From Lama guanicoe (lineage: Eukaryota), in the NCBI GenBank assembly GCA_013239625.1, contig MU054338.1:5184724-5248723 (forward strand): 64,000 bases of DNA, in the 5' to 3' direction. The translations under genes were made by a program, and so were the position numbers. Positions 10,548 to 23,573 of this stretch are shown one piece after another. Below the pieces are notes generated by a model. That model ran no database searches, had not been told where the DNA came from, and saw only the letters and a program-made list of their open reading frames with translations. Every line of letters starts with the position of its first letter. The first letter of the stretch is position 1.

Positions 10548-12612
10548 CCGAGCCGGCGGCGGGTACCCCGCCGGGGGCTGGGGCGTGGCCACAGGCCCCC
10601 CTTCCCCACCCGGCCACCCAGCTGCCCGCCGGGGGAGCCCTGGGACCTAGACGGCCACCGAGGGCTGAGGACAGAAAGTAGGGGGCGCCCACCCACCCCC
10701 GACTCCCTGCCCCCAAGCCGTGGACAGACGGGCCCATCAGGCCCCAGCCCTTCCCGTCCCGGGGTCAGCCGGCCGTGCGCGTCCCAACCCCGACAGACAC
10801 TGTGAACGGAAGACAGCAGGCCGCGAGCAGACTCGCTATTTATTCAGTTGTAACCTCTGGGCTGGGGCGGCCCCCAGGGGCCGGGAGAGAACCCCCGTCC
10901 CGCACCCTCCCACACTTGCAGCGCAGTCCCCACCGCCGCCTCCCACACACGCGCGCGCCCTGGCTCCATCTCCCTCTCTTCTGGCACCTCCCTCTCTACC
11001 TCTCCGGCTTTCCCAGTCTCCCTCCTGGCCTCTGCCTCTCTCCTAGCCCAGGCCCAGGCCCCGCCACCCCCGGCGGGACCCCTGGGTCCACTTAGGTCTC
11101 CAGCAAGCGATGAGTCTGTCGGCTGGCGTCCTCACCTGGGCAGGCGGGCTGGACGTTGACTGCAGCCGGCATGGGGCTGGTCTCTTTCTCTCTCTTTTTG
11201 ATCTCAGGGGGTCCTTTTTGGAGTTTCTTGTATTTTATTGTACTTGGTGGGGTGTTTGGGGGGTGGGGGGAGGAGAAGAGCTTGTTTTCATGGGGTTTGT
11301 CGGTACCTTCAGAAACTTTTACCAAAGTCATGTTTAGCTGCTTGTGGTGGAAGCCCCCACCCGCCCACTGGCTCTGGGGGGCTGGGCGGGGGACCAAGCC
11401 ATGGGGGTCTGGGCCACTGCCTGGGAGAGACTAGTCCCAAAGGTGGGCTTTGGGGGGCCCTCCCTCCGGGCTGGTGACTGGCCACAGCTTGCAGGGGTGA
11501 GTCAAGGACCTCAGGGGGTGTGGAGGGAGCCCACAGGGCCGTGGCCACACAGGGTGGCCTTCAGGGAAGGCAGGTGTGGGGAGTGGTGGCAGGTGGCAGG
11601 CGCTGGTGTGGCAGGGAGGAGGGGGTGGGAGCAGATGGTGGGAGCGGGGCCCATGGGGCCCAGGGAGGCAGGGATTGAGGGTGCGTGGAGTGGATGTGGG
11701 GGGTCTGAGGACGTGTGACAGGGACAGAGGTGGGGCAGGCCAAGGGCTGGGCGTGTGGAGTCTGTCACGCCCTTGTGGTGCCCCTGAGCGCCCCTCGACT
11801 CACCCAGAGCTGGCCAGTCCCCGGCCCACCCCGGGGGGCCCTGCAGCAGCCAGAGCAGGAGGGAGTGTGTTTCCTTTTTGTTGGTAATGCATGCAAATCA
11901 AGTGGACAACAAAACAAAATAACAAAAAGAAAAAAACCCCACAAAACCCAACCAACACCAAAGGTGAGGAGCCTCGCTGGAAGTGGCCGAGGTGACCTAG
12001 ACCAGGTATCCCTGTCCCTCCCTCTCTCCCACTGACTCCTTACTACTAGGATAGTCACAAAACTCCGCATGTTGAAAAAGTACTCGGTCATCTTCTCTCT
12101 GCCTCCCCCTTCCTTGGGGTCGGGGGGGGGGGCTGGTGGCCCCCTTCTCTTTCTCCCATCCCCTTTGTAGGGGGATGGGGGCAGGGTGGGGGCAAACAGG
12201 CCTGGCCTCGCCTCCCCTGGCCAGGCTCCGCCTCGGGGGCCCTCTGTGAGTAGCCGGGAAGGCCTTGTGGCTAGCCCCAAGGGCCGCTGGGGCCTAAGGC
12301 CAGCTGCCGGGGTTTATTTTTATTTAACTTTATTTTCTGTTTTGTGAGTGTGTGTCCACCCGTCCCCCCCGCCTCATCCCCTTCAGTGTTAAGCGAGAGC
12401 CTCTCCTTCCCCCGCCTCTCCCATGCCTTCCTCCTCCGTCACCAGTCACCAGCCATCCCTCTCTCGACCAGGCAGAGGGCGGAGCAGGCAGGCAGGGGCC
12501 TGGGGTGGCCTGGCTTGGCCCACCGGCCCACGACCCCTTCTCAGGCTGCCAGTATTGCCCCATCCCTTTTTAAAATGAAACACCCTCGTTTGTAAATCCT
12601 TAGACGCTCGAG

Positions 12613-12618
12613 AATAAA
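12613..12618 (+). terminator. MAP2K7 poly(A) signal AATAAA
   Basis: AATAAA ~2.07 kb after the stop, with a GT-rich downstream element (gtctgtggtgtgttgtg, ~12641-12657). Confidence 0.85.
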
Positions 12619-13096
12619 ACCCTTCCCTTTTCTTCCACCGAGTCTGTGGTGTGTTGTGAGCCGGGCAGGACTTGGCAGTGTAATGGGCGAAGGGGCCGTG
12701 AGCCCTGACCTTGGGGGTGGTGGGGCTGGTGGATCAGCACCATTCTGGTGGATGAGGCCTCTGCATGGATGGGAGACTGAGGCAGGGCTAGGGGCTGGTA
12801 GGGTAGTGTTGGTAGTGACTGGCCCCATATCAAGTGGCCAGTGTGAGGGACCTCACACACCTCCACCCCAATAGCCACAGGCCAGGCGGGAGAAGAGCCC
12901 TTAATCCCTGGCAGGCCTTGGGCGCCAGCTCTGATGTCGGCCCGTCAGTCCACCGCCCCCACTTCCTGCCTCCCCAAGTGGCCACCCAGCCAAGGACAGG
13001 GCGGCCTGCCCACCTGCCCAGCCTGGGTGCTGCTGGACTGGTGCCTCTGCCGCCAGCCCCGCACGCCCCGCACGCCCTTGGCCCAGGCAGTCCAGC

Positions 13097-15801
<2,705 letters not shown>

Positions 15802-16241
15802 GGCAGGTAAGTGATGGGGGAGGGAGAAGCGGGAGTGTAACGTGGGGCCAGTAGGACGGCTGGAGGAGGGAGGTGATGATAATGACTTCATGGCGCCTTC
15901 TCTCCGCCAGAGTTCTAAATGTTTAACGCACATTAATGTTTATAAAAACCTTCAGGTAGATACTCTTATAATCCCCATAACAGAGATAAGAAAAAATTAA
16001 CTTGCAAAAGATCACAACATTTGGTGGAGGTGGGTTTCGGTCTTAGGTAGTGGGCGACGGGCGGCCAACTGTAGGCTCAGCGTCGCAAGAAGGGGCCTCA
16101 ACACCTCAGACAGGCACTAGGCAAGGGGAATTCGGGTTTCAGACCTAGCACCCACACTCACCCCGGCACACAGACTGAGGGGGCGGCCAGTGATCCGGCT
16201 GGGAAGGGGTTGACCTGCGTAGTGTCCTCTTCCCCGTTCAG

Positions 16242-16445
16242 CCTGAGTCGCCCCTCCCCAGGGATGGAACGCCCCCAACAGGGTCTGGAGACGCACTAGC
16301 CACGGCCTCGGACCAGGCCCGCCAGGACTGGACCGGCTGCCATTAACCTCGGACCCTATGGGACCACGATCCCTGCGTCCCGCGACCCCTCGCTCCCACC
16401 TTCTCACCTGGGCTCAAAATAAACATCTGGTCTGACTTGCTGAGT
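16242..16445 (+). other. TGFBR3L: Probable non-coding last exon of TGFBR3L with AATAAA at 16418-16423
   Basis: Strong donor cag|gtaagt at 15806/15807, 5 nt after the stop. Pyrimidine-rich acceptor ...ttccccgttcag ending 16241. AATAAA downstream. Confidence 0.65.
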
Positions 16446-16834
16446 TCTGAAGTCCGTTTGGCGCGGGGATGGGGATTCCGGGCTTGAAGGGGTCCAGACT
16501 GGAGGGGTGGCGCTTTGGAGTGGGGCTCATACGCCCTTACATAGGTGCGCAGATCCGGGCCAGGGGAGACCAAGGGCAGTTTGTCCCAAACAGAAAGGGA
16601 CGCCCAAGCTCACCAGCTCAAGTTTCAAATAAGCCTCATCTCCTTCCTCCACCCCTGCACCAGCCCAGCTGCCCTCTCAAAGCCAGGACTTCCCCGCTCT
16701 CCACTCCCATCGCCCGGACCCTACCCTCGCTAGGGCCTGGACCTCAGGCCTCTGCTCCAGTCTCCTCTCCGTCTAGCCTAAAGGTCCTTAAATCCCTTCT
16801 GCCCGAGCTCCTTTCTCCCGGGGCATAGGCAACG

Positions 16835-16945
16835 GCGGGACCATTTTACAGTTGAAGAAATTGAGGCTCCGCACGGCAGATCACTTGCTCACAAGTCAGG
16901 GCTGGCCGACCCCACAGCTCGGGCTCTTAGCTACGACTGGATAGC
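16835..16945 (-). mobile_element. MIR SINE fragment
   Basis: MIR core 'ccattttacagttgaagaaattgaggctc...cacttgctcacaagtca'. Confidence 0.65.
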
Positions 16946-17079
16946 TGCCTTCTGGCCAGGACCCAACCCTCTTCGAGAAGTCAAGCAAAAAACAGTTAAG
17001 AGTTTCAGAAGACTTGGTCCTGGAATGGAGGGAGGGCAAGAAACCTAAGGTCACGGCTCCAGTTCACAAATGAGATAGA

Positions 17080-17720
17080 ATGCGGACGCGGGAGGGTCTC
17101 GTCCGTCCCCGCCTGCGCTGGAGGCCAGTCTCCCCATAATCTCCCATCGAGGCATGTCCCTTTGACTCGCAAAAGCAGAGCCACGCCCCCATCTGTTTCC
17201 GCCTCCGCGAGGGGCTTTTTGGCCTCAGCGGTCCCCGTAACCCCGCCCACCACGGAAACGGCCTAGGATCTCCGACACCGCCCTCACCCGCCTCACCGGC
17301 ATGAAGCCCCCGCAGCGGCGGCGAGCGGCCCCAGCTCGCTATCTAGGCGAGGTGACCGGCGCCACGGCCTGGGGCGCCCGCGAGAAACGGCAGCTGTTAC
17401 GACTACTGCAGGCGCGACGGGGCCAGCCGGAGCCGGATGCCTCCGAGCTGGCCCGGGAGCTGCCGGGCCGGAGCGAGGCCGAGGTGAGAGGGGTCCAGGG
17501 AAGGGAGCAAGGCTGGAGGCGGGGCTAGGATGTATCCGGGGCTAGCGGAGGGGCGGGCCCTGGAGGGTATCGTGTGCCTGCGAGAAGCTGAGGGCGGGGC
17601 GGGGGCGGGGGCGGGAAGTGGTGCGGCTGAGGGGCGGGGAGAACTGCGAGTAAGACCGAGCGGAGGCCCCAGACTGGGCGGAAGGCGCAGCGAGACTGGG
17701 CGGGGATAAGGTTGAAGCGA
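17080..17720 (+). promoter_or_regulatory. SNAPC2 CpG-island promoter/first exon with GC boxes
   Basis: CpG-rich. GC boxes upstream. G-run cluster gggcggggcgggggcgggggcggg at 17592-17615. Confidence 0.7.
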
Positions 17721-19351
17721 GAGTCAGGAAATGGGGAGGTGAATGGAGTAGTACTTAGCATGGGGGTGGGCCCTGGCCGCGGGGAGGAGCCAGAACTAGC
17801 CTGGTCCTTACCTCTGTCAGGTGACTGGTAACACCAGGGGCCTTGGCCCGATACCCCCCTGGCAGAGTCACTGTAACCCCTTAACGCCAGGTTAGCGGGA
17901 GGTTAGGGAGCAGTGGCCGGCCTGGAGCAGGCAGTGGACTGCCTAGCCCTGGGCTTCTAGAAGGTCCCACTTGGCCTCCTCCTCTCACTTCCCCAGATCC
18001 AGGATTTTCTTCGGCAGCTCAAGGGCCGAGTGGCCCGGGAGGCCATTCAGAGGGTGCATCCAGGTGGCCCACAGGGTTCCAGGCGCCGAGAAACACAAAC
18101 CCCTGCCCCCATCGAGGTGAGGCAGGGCTAGGCTCCCCAGGGCCGGCCCCTGGGGAATGAGGGAGTTGGAGGGGGATAACATGGTTAGGGGAGCTCCAGA
18201 AGGAGTAGGACTTGGGGAACTCCTGAGGGTTGATCCCTACCTTATGGTTGCCCCACCCAGGTGTGGATGGATCTGGCTGAGAAGATAACAGGCCCGCTGG
18301 AGGAAGCCTTGACTGTGGCTTTCTCACAGGTATAATCCCCCAGGCAGGATGGGGGTGTCCCTGGGGGACAGGGTCAGATATATGAGTCTAAATAAGGGGG
18401 ACCTGAGTCCTGGGTACATTCCTCTTGCCAGACTCCCCCTCTGTGATTCTGGACAGTCCTTAGACACCCTGAACCTCAGTGTCCAAACTTCTGTGCCATC
18501 TCCTGTATGTGGTGCCTTCCTCCCGGTGTCAGGGAGGATTTGGTGGAGGTGGAAGGCTCAGTCTCCTGCAGGGCAGAGTGGGAAGATTTCTGCTTTTCCC
18601 TCCCTGACCTCCCTGCCTGCCAGGTGCTCACCATCGCCGCCACGGAGCCCCTCAGCCTCCTGCACTCCAAGCCCCCCAAGCCCACGCAGGCTCGTGGCAA
18701 GCACTTGCTCCTCAGCACCCCTGGAGGACAGGAGGACCTGGGCCCTGAGGCCCCTGGAGGGCAGGAGGCTCCTGGCCCTGCCCCCAAGACCCAAGGCCCT
18801 GCCCCAGAGGCATCTTCTGAGTCCCTAGCTGGCCCGTGTGCTGAGGGAGACTTCAATGCGGACTTTGAGAAGATCTACAAGTACCTGTCATCCATCTCCC
18901 GCGGCTGCCCTGGCCCTGAGCTTTCCGCAGCTGGTGAGAAGGAGGGTGCTGGGACTCTGGGGTGGGGGACCCTGGTGGAAAGCCCCACCCTCCCCTCACC
19001 CATCTGGATCCATTACCAGAGTCAGCTGTGGTCCTTGACCTGCTCATGGCACTTCCCAAGGAGCTGTCCCGACTGCCCTGCGCTGCCCTGGTTGAACATA
19101 TGTCGGATACGTTCCTACGCCTGACGGCCCCCCAGCCCGACCCTTCCAGTGGGAGCCTGGGATCCATTGCTGAGGATGATGGGACAGGCTCCAGGGGGCA
19201 AGAGGCGGCTGGCCAGGCCACCTCTCAGGCCCCTGGAAATGCTGGGCCCAGCAAACCAATACCCATTTGGCAGTCAGCTGGGGTCTGCCCCTTGAACCCG
19301 TTCCTGGTGCCCCTGGAGCTTCTGTGCCAGGTGGCACCCCCTGCAAGATGA
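17301..19351 (+). CDS. SNAPC2: snRNA-activating protein complex subunit 2 (SNAP45), 337 aa
   Basis: Exons 17301-17483, 17997-18116, 18261-18329, 18624-18933, 19020-19351 (1014 nt, GT-AG, in frame). Motifs [46 protein letters not shown]. Confidence 0.95.
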
Positions 19352-19658
19352 GGGGGCCGGTGGGCAGAGGAGACAGCAGACATCTGTGAGCCCCCCAGCC
19401 CTCAGTCCTGCTTAGGCTGGCCTTGAGTTGCCACGAGGATCTGGTCAAAGTGGAAGGTCCCTGACAGTGTGCAGTACAGGTTGGTCGTTAAAGTGCTCAC
19501 ACAGCGGGGGCCTCAGAAACAGAAGCATAGTGGTATGGGGTCCAGCCATAGAATTGGCAGGGGGATGGTCAGCCAGGTGGCTGGGCTGAAACCACCATCA
19601 AATACTCCCCCGCCCCTCATCCCTTCTGATGTCCTGCATCCTGTGTTCTATAACTGTG

Positions 19659-19664
19659 AATAAA
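19659..19664 (+). terminator. SNAPC2 poly(A) signal AATAAA
   Basis: AATAAA ~310 nt after the stop, with a T/GT-rich downstream element. Confidence 0.8.
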
Positions 19665-20814
19665 GTTCTGCTCAAACCCCCGTGCCCTCTTTTTCCTGTG
19701 GGTTAAAGGTGGGAGGGGGCCCCAAATGCCAAAGAGAGAATCAGAGGTAGGAGAGCCATAGCTTGGGGCCCCAGGGACCAAGGGGAGGCATGCCAGGGAG
19801 GAGGGCGCAGTCATTACTAAAGGCTGCTGTTGCCAGGTCCAGTCCGATGCCATCTGGAGTGACCTCATTTTGGTCATGAGGGAACCCTTGGTGCTTGGAG
19901 GGTCTAGGCCTGAGCCTGACTGATGTCAGGAAAGGTTTTTAGAGCCTGGGGCCTTTCAGCATAGAGAAAGAGGGGAGAAACCAGCAGAGAGAGGGTAGCC
20001 AGGTGAGAGGAGCCAGGCCACCAGCCAAGGAGGGTTGGGGTGGGCTGCCCATATGGCAGGAAGTTGGAGGGAGGGGAGCCAGGCCCTGAGGTGGCCTTGG
20101 GGAAGCAAGTGGGGGAGGGAGAGCTGGAGGGGCCTTAGGAGCAAAGGGGAAGCAGAGCTGTGCTGAGGAGGGGGCTAGAGTCCTAGCTGCTGTCAAAGGC
20201 TCCAAATTCCCAGAGGTGCAGCTGGGTCTCCCTGCACAGGGTCATAAGGGACCCCACCAGTTGGTGAGGGCAGGTGGGGGAACCAGCTGTCCTCCCACAG
20301 CACAGCCTCCCCCAAAATCTAACCAGTCCTCTGCGAGTTGGTAGATTTTCTGTTCGCAGCGCCTGTGTGTTCACACAGCCTTCCTTTTATAGAAACACTC
20401 GTTTCTCCCCACACACATTGCACACGGCTCCCTGGGGGCTCACAATGCAGCTCCCAGGCGGGCTGTGGAGCAGAGCCAGCCCACTCCATGACCCACAGCA
20501 CCAGACCCGCAGTTTCCAAAGTGCACATGTTCACGGAGAGGCGAAAGGACCAGATCAGAGAGGTTTGGGGCTACAGGTGAGGACATGGGGCCAGGAGGCC
20601 ATGCCAGTTCTTGGAGACAATCTCCAGGGCTGGCTATGAGCACCCCATTCCTGATGCTTACCAGGCTTAAGTCCATTCCACAACCCCCAGCGTCTCCCCA
20701 AGTCCAAAGGAAGAAGGGCAGCCTTGGCTGTCCCTGGCGCTAGGGGACTGAGATGACTACACATCAGCACTCCCAGAGCATGCATCTGGGTGCTTCCCAG
20801 CCCGTGGCAGATGT

Positions 20815-21040
20815 TAAGAGTGTGCAGAAGTCAGCCCTGGGTTCAAATTCTAGCTTGGCCAGAATCCAACTATGAGCAAGTCACAACCTGCCTGGACCCA
20901 AATCCCCTGGCCTGTAGAACAGGGATACAAACAGGGCTCACTGTCTGGGTCCTGAAGAGGGAACAGGCCATGTGCAGGAGGAGCTAACTCAGCACGCTGC
21001 TTGGCATGCAGTAAGCGCTCAATAATAGCTTTTATTATCA
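20815..21040 (+). mobile_element. MIR SINE at the CTXN1 3' end
   Basis: 'ctgggttcaaattctagct', 'gagcaagtcac' and MIR 3' end 'gcacgctgcttggcatgcagtaagcgctcaataa...ttattat'. Confidence 0.7.
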
Positions 21041-21659
21041 CCATCGGCTCAGAGGCAGGGAAAAATGAGAAGGCAGGGGGAGGGCCTGTGGGGAGGAGGG
21101 CAGAAGGGATCAGAGGGAGGTGGCAGGAGGACAAATAAGAGTTGGAGGTGGTGAGGGAGGAGCGCGCTGACCTGAACTAGGGCCTGGGCTAGGGGCAGGA
21201 GGGCGCCTGCCCACGGTCTCCCCACACGGAAGGCGCCACACATCCTGGACACAGCAGCCATTGTCACTCTTCAGGCTCTGTCTCCGGGGCCAGCTGCGCA
21301 GGGCATATTGGTATGCAGGATCCACCCCGTGGGCCCAGGAGAGCCTGCCCCACAGGGCCAGAACCCAAAGAGGGGCTCAATACTAAAGAGGGGCTGGCAG
21401 CGGGGGAGTGAGGATGGCCACACGGTGGGGGAGGGAGGAAAAGGGACACGGGGGTCTCCAAATCCAGGAGCGGACATGACACTCATGCTTGGCGGCTGGC
21501 CAATAGCAGAGCCACCTACACGCTGGGGTTGGGGTGGGGAGGATTCTCTTTCCACCCAGACTTCAGAGTCGGGGCCAGCAAGGCCGGTGAGTTTTGGAGG
21601 ACAGGGCAGGATAAAGGCACGAAGATGGGAGGGGTCTGAGCGGGGAGGGGTTGGTCTTC

Positions 21660-22760
21660 TAACGCCCTCCCGCCTTGGGCTGCGGGCTCGGGGTCAGGAT
21701 CCTGAACGCGGTCCAGGCCTGGCGGCGCCCCGTCTTATCAGCGCTGGGAGAGACCCCGCGGTGGGCCGGCCGGGGGCGCCGCACAGCTCAGACCAGCGCA
21801 TAGTCGAACTGCCCGCGCTCGAGCGCCTCCTTGTGGTCGGTCCAGGACGAGGCGGGCATGCGGCTGTAGGGGTCGAGCAGGATGCGCACGCAGCGCACCA
21901 TCAGCAGCACCAGCACCACGAGCAGGCAGAGCACGAAGGCAAACACGGTGCGCTGCTCCGCGTCCAGGCCTGCGCCCACCGGGGGCCCCGTCGACGGCGG
22001 CAGCGGCTCAGGGGACAGCGTCCACGTCGCGCTCATGGCTCACATCGCCGCGCGCCCTGCGGAGGAGGGGACCCGCCCGGGACGCGGGGATGAGGCTGCG
22101 CCCTCTCGTGCCCCCGCGTAGCCCTGTCGCCGCCGCCCCCTTACCTTGCCGAGCCCCAGCCGCCGCCTGCGCCTCCGTCCCCGGGCTACGCCCAAGCCCG
22201 GCCCGCGGGCACCCAACTCCGGGCGTGCACGCAGGTGGGGACGCTAAGAGCAGGGAGAGGGAGCCCCGACCCGGCCGGCCCGCGCACAACAGGTGCGAAC
22301 GCGCGGCCCGGGCGGCGTGGCGGGGGCGAGACCCGGTTCTCCCGCCCCCCTCTCTTTGTTCTTGCTTCCCGTGGACCCCCTCCCCCACCCCCCTCGCCCC
22401 GCCGCGCCCCTCACCCTGGCCTCGACCGGGACAGGGACAGAGCGCCCTGCAGCCGCGCTCTCCTCCGGGACCCGCTTGGGCTCCGCTCTCGGCCTCTTCC
22501 CGGCAGCGGCGGCGGCGGCGGCGGCGGCCTGAGTTCAGCCCACCTCACCCGCCCCTGGAGCGACGGAGACCGAGGAAGGCGAGCCGCGCTCTAGCCGGGC
22601 CGCCGCGGCTGTTCCCATGGCGACGGGGGCGGGGCCGCCGCGGGGGGCGGAGGCTGCGCAGGGAGCGGCGCGCGGGCTCGCGACCCTGCCCCGCCCTCCG
22701 GGAGAACGAGCCCCGGCCCCAAGACGCTGGAGAGACCCCCGGGCCCAAGGAGCTATCAAC
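21660..22760 (-). promoter_or_regulatory. CTXN1 CpG island covering the CDS, non-coding exon 1 and promoter
   Basis: Very high CpG density, GC boxes, (GCG)n tract ~22506-22528. Confidence 0.8.
21788..22036 (-). CDS. CTXN1: Cortexin-1, 82-aa single-pass membrane protein
   Basis: [14 protein letters not shown]...[34 protein letters not shown]...GQFDYALV. 5'UTR intron 22057-22144 (aag|gtaa...cgcag). Confidence 0.97.
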
Positions 22761-23163
22761 ACCCAGAACCTCGCCCTCCCCACCAGCACCCCAGAAATCC
22801 CCAGCCCGACTTCAGCTCCCACACCCCCATTCTCTGCGATTGACCCCTCACCCAAACTCCCTGTTTGGGGGATCCTAATGCCTCCGGAACACATCAAGCA
22901 TTCAGGAGCCTCCAGCTCCGGGGACCCCAACCCTCAGGAGACCGCAGCAGGTCACTGAAGGCCTCCTTAGCTTATCTCATACCGTCTCCCCCACCCCCTC
23001 CACACACATCCAGGATAAGGTAAGGTTGCCCTCTCTTCTGCTGCAGTTCCTTCAGTGACCATGACCGCCGGCGCCCCCCAGCCCTCTTCAGTCCCATCTC
23101 CCCCCACCCCAGTGACAGACACCATGTGTTGACTACCCAAGCTGCTCTCCTGCACTCTGGTGT

Positions 23164-23169
23164 TTTATT
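23164..23169 (-). terminator. TIMM44 poly(A) signal AATAAA
   Basis: tttatt on + strand ~400 nt past the stop, with an upstream TGTA and U tract on the minus strand. Confidence 0.75.
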
Positions 23170-23573
23170 ATTTCCAAGTCTCCAGCGTATGTACAGGATA
23201 ATAAGGGCACTCTTTAAAAAAAAAAAAAAAGGAGCTAAAACAGCCTGGCTGCTGTGGCCAGTGGGCCCAGGCCCCACCACTCTGTCCTGGGAGGCAGTCC
23301 CTGGGCTAGGGACCCCTTGGCACTGTCTGGTTTGTGTGGCTCTGTGGCCCACCGGTCAGCAGCCCCCATGGGGCAGAGGGCGGTGCAGGGGCTGGCGCTG
23401 TAGCCCCCTCCCCACCCTGCTCCATCCAGCTAGCTTTGCAGCCATCCTGGCAGAGTGGGGGCAGAGCCGACAGTCCTGGGCCTAGTGGTCTAGCTGCTGC
23501 AGGTGGACACCAGTCTGTTGCGTGTCTGCAGTGACGATTCAGCCCCAGAGCCCCTGGTCAATGGCCACCGTGC

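Noticed and set aside
11180..11965. Long-range pairing between the U/G-rich (11180-11310) and A/C-rich (11905-11960) blocks of the MAP2K7 3'UTR
   Set aside because: Complementarity is compositional, with only short exact matches by eye. It would need folding and covariation analysis.
21308..22878. 261-aa and 262-aa + strand ORFs antisense to CTXN1
   Set aside because: CpG-island stop-codon scarcity, non-ATG starts, Arg/Pro/Gly-rich, no recognisable domain.
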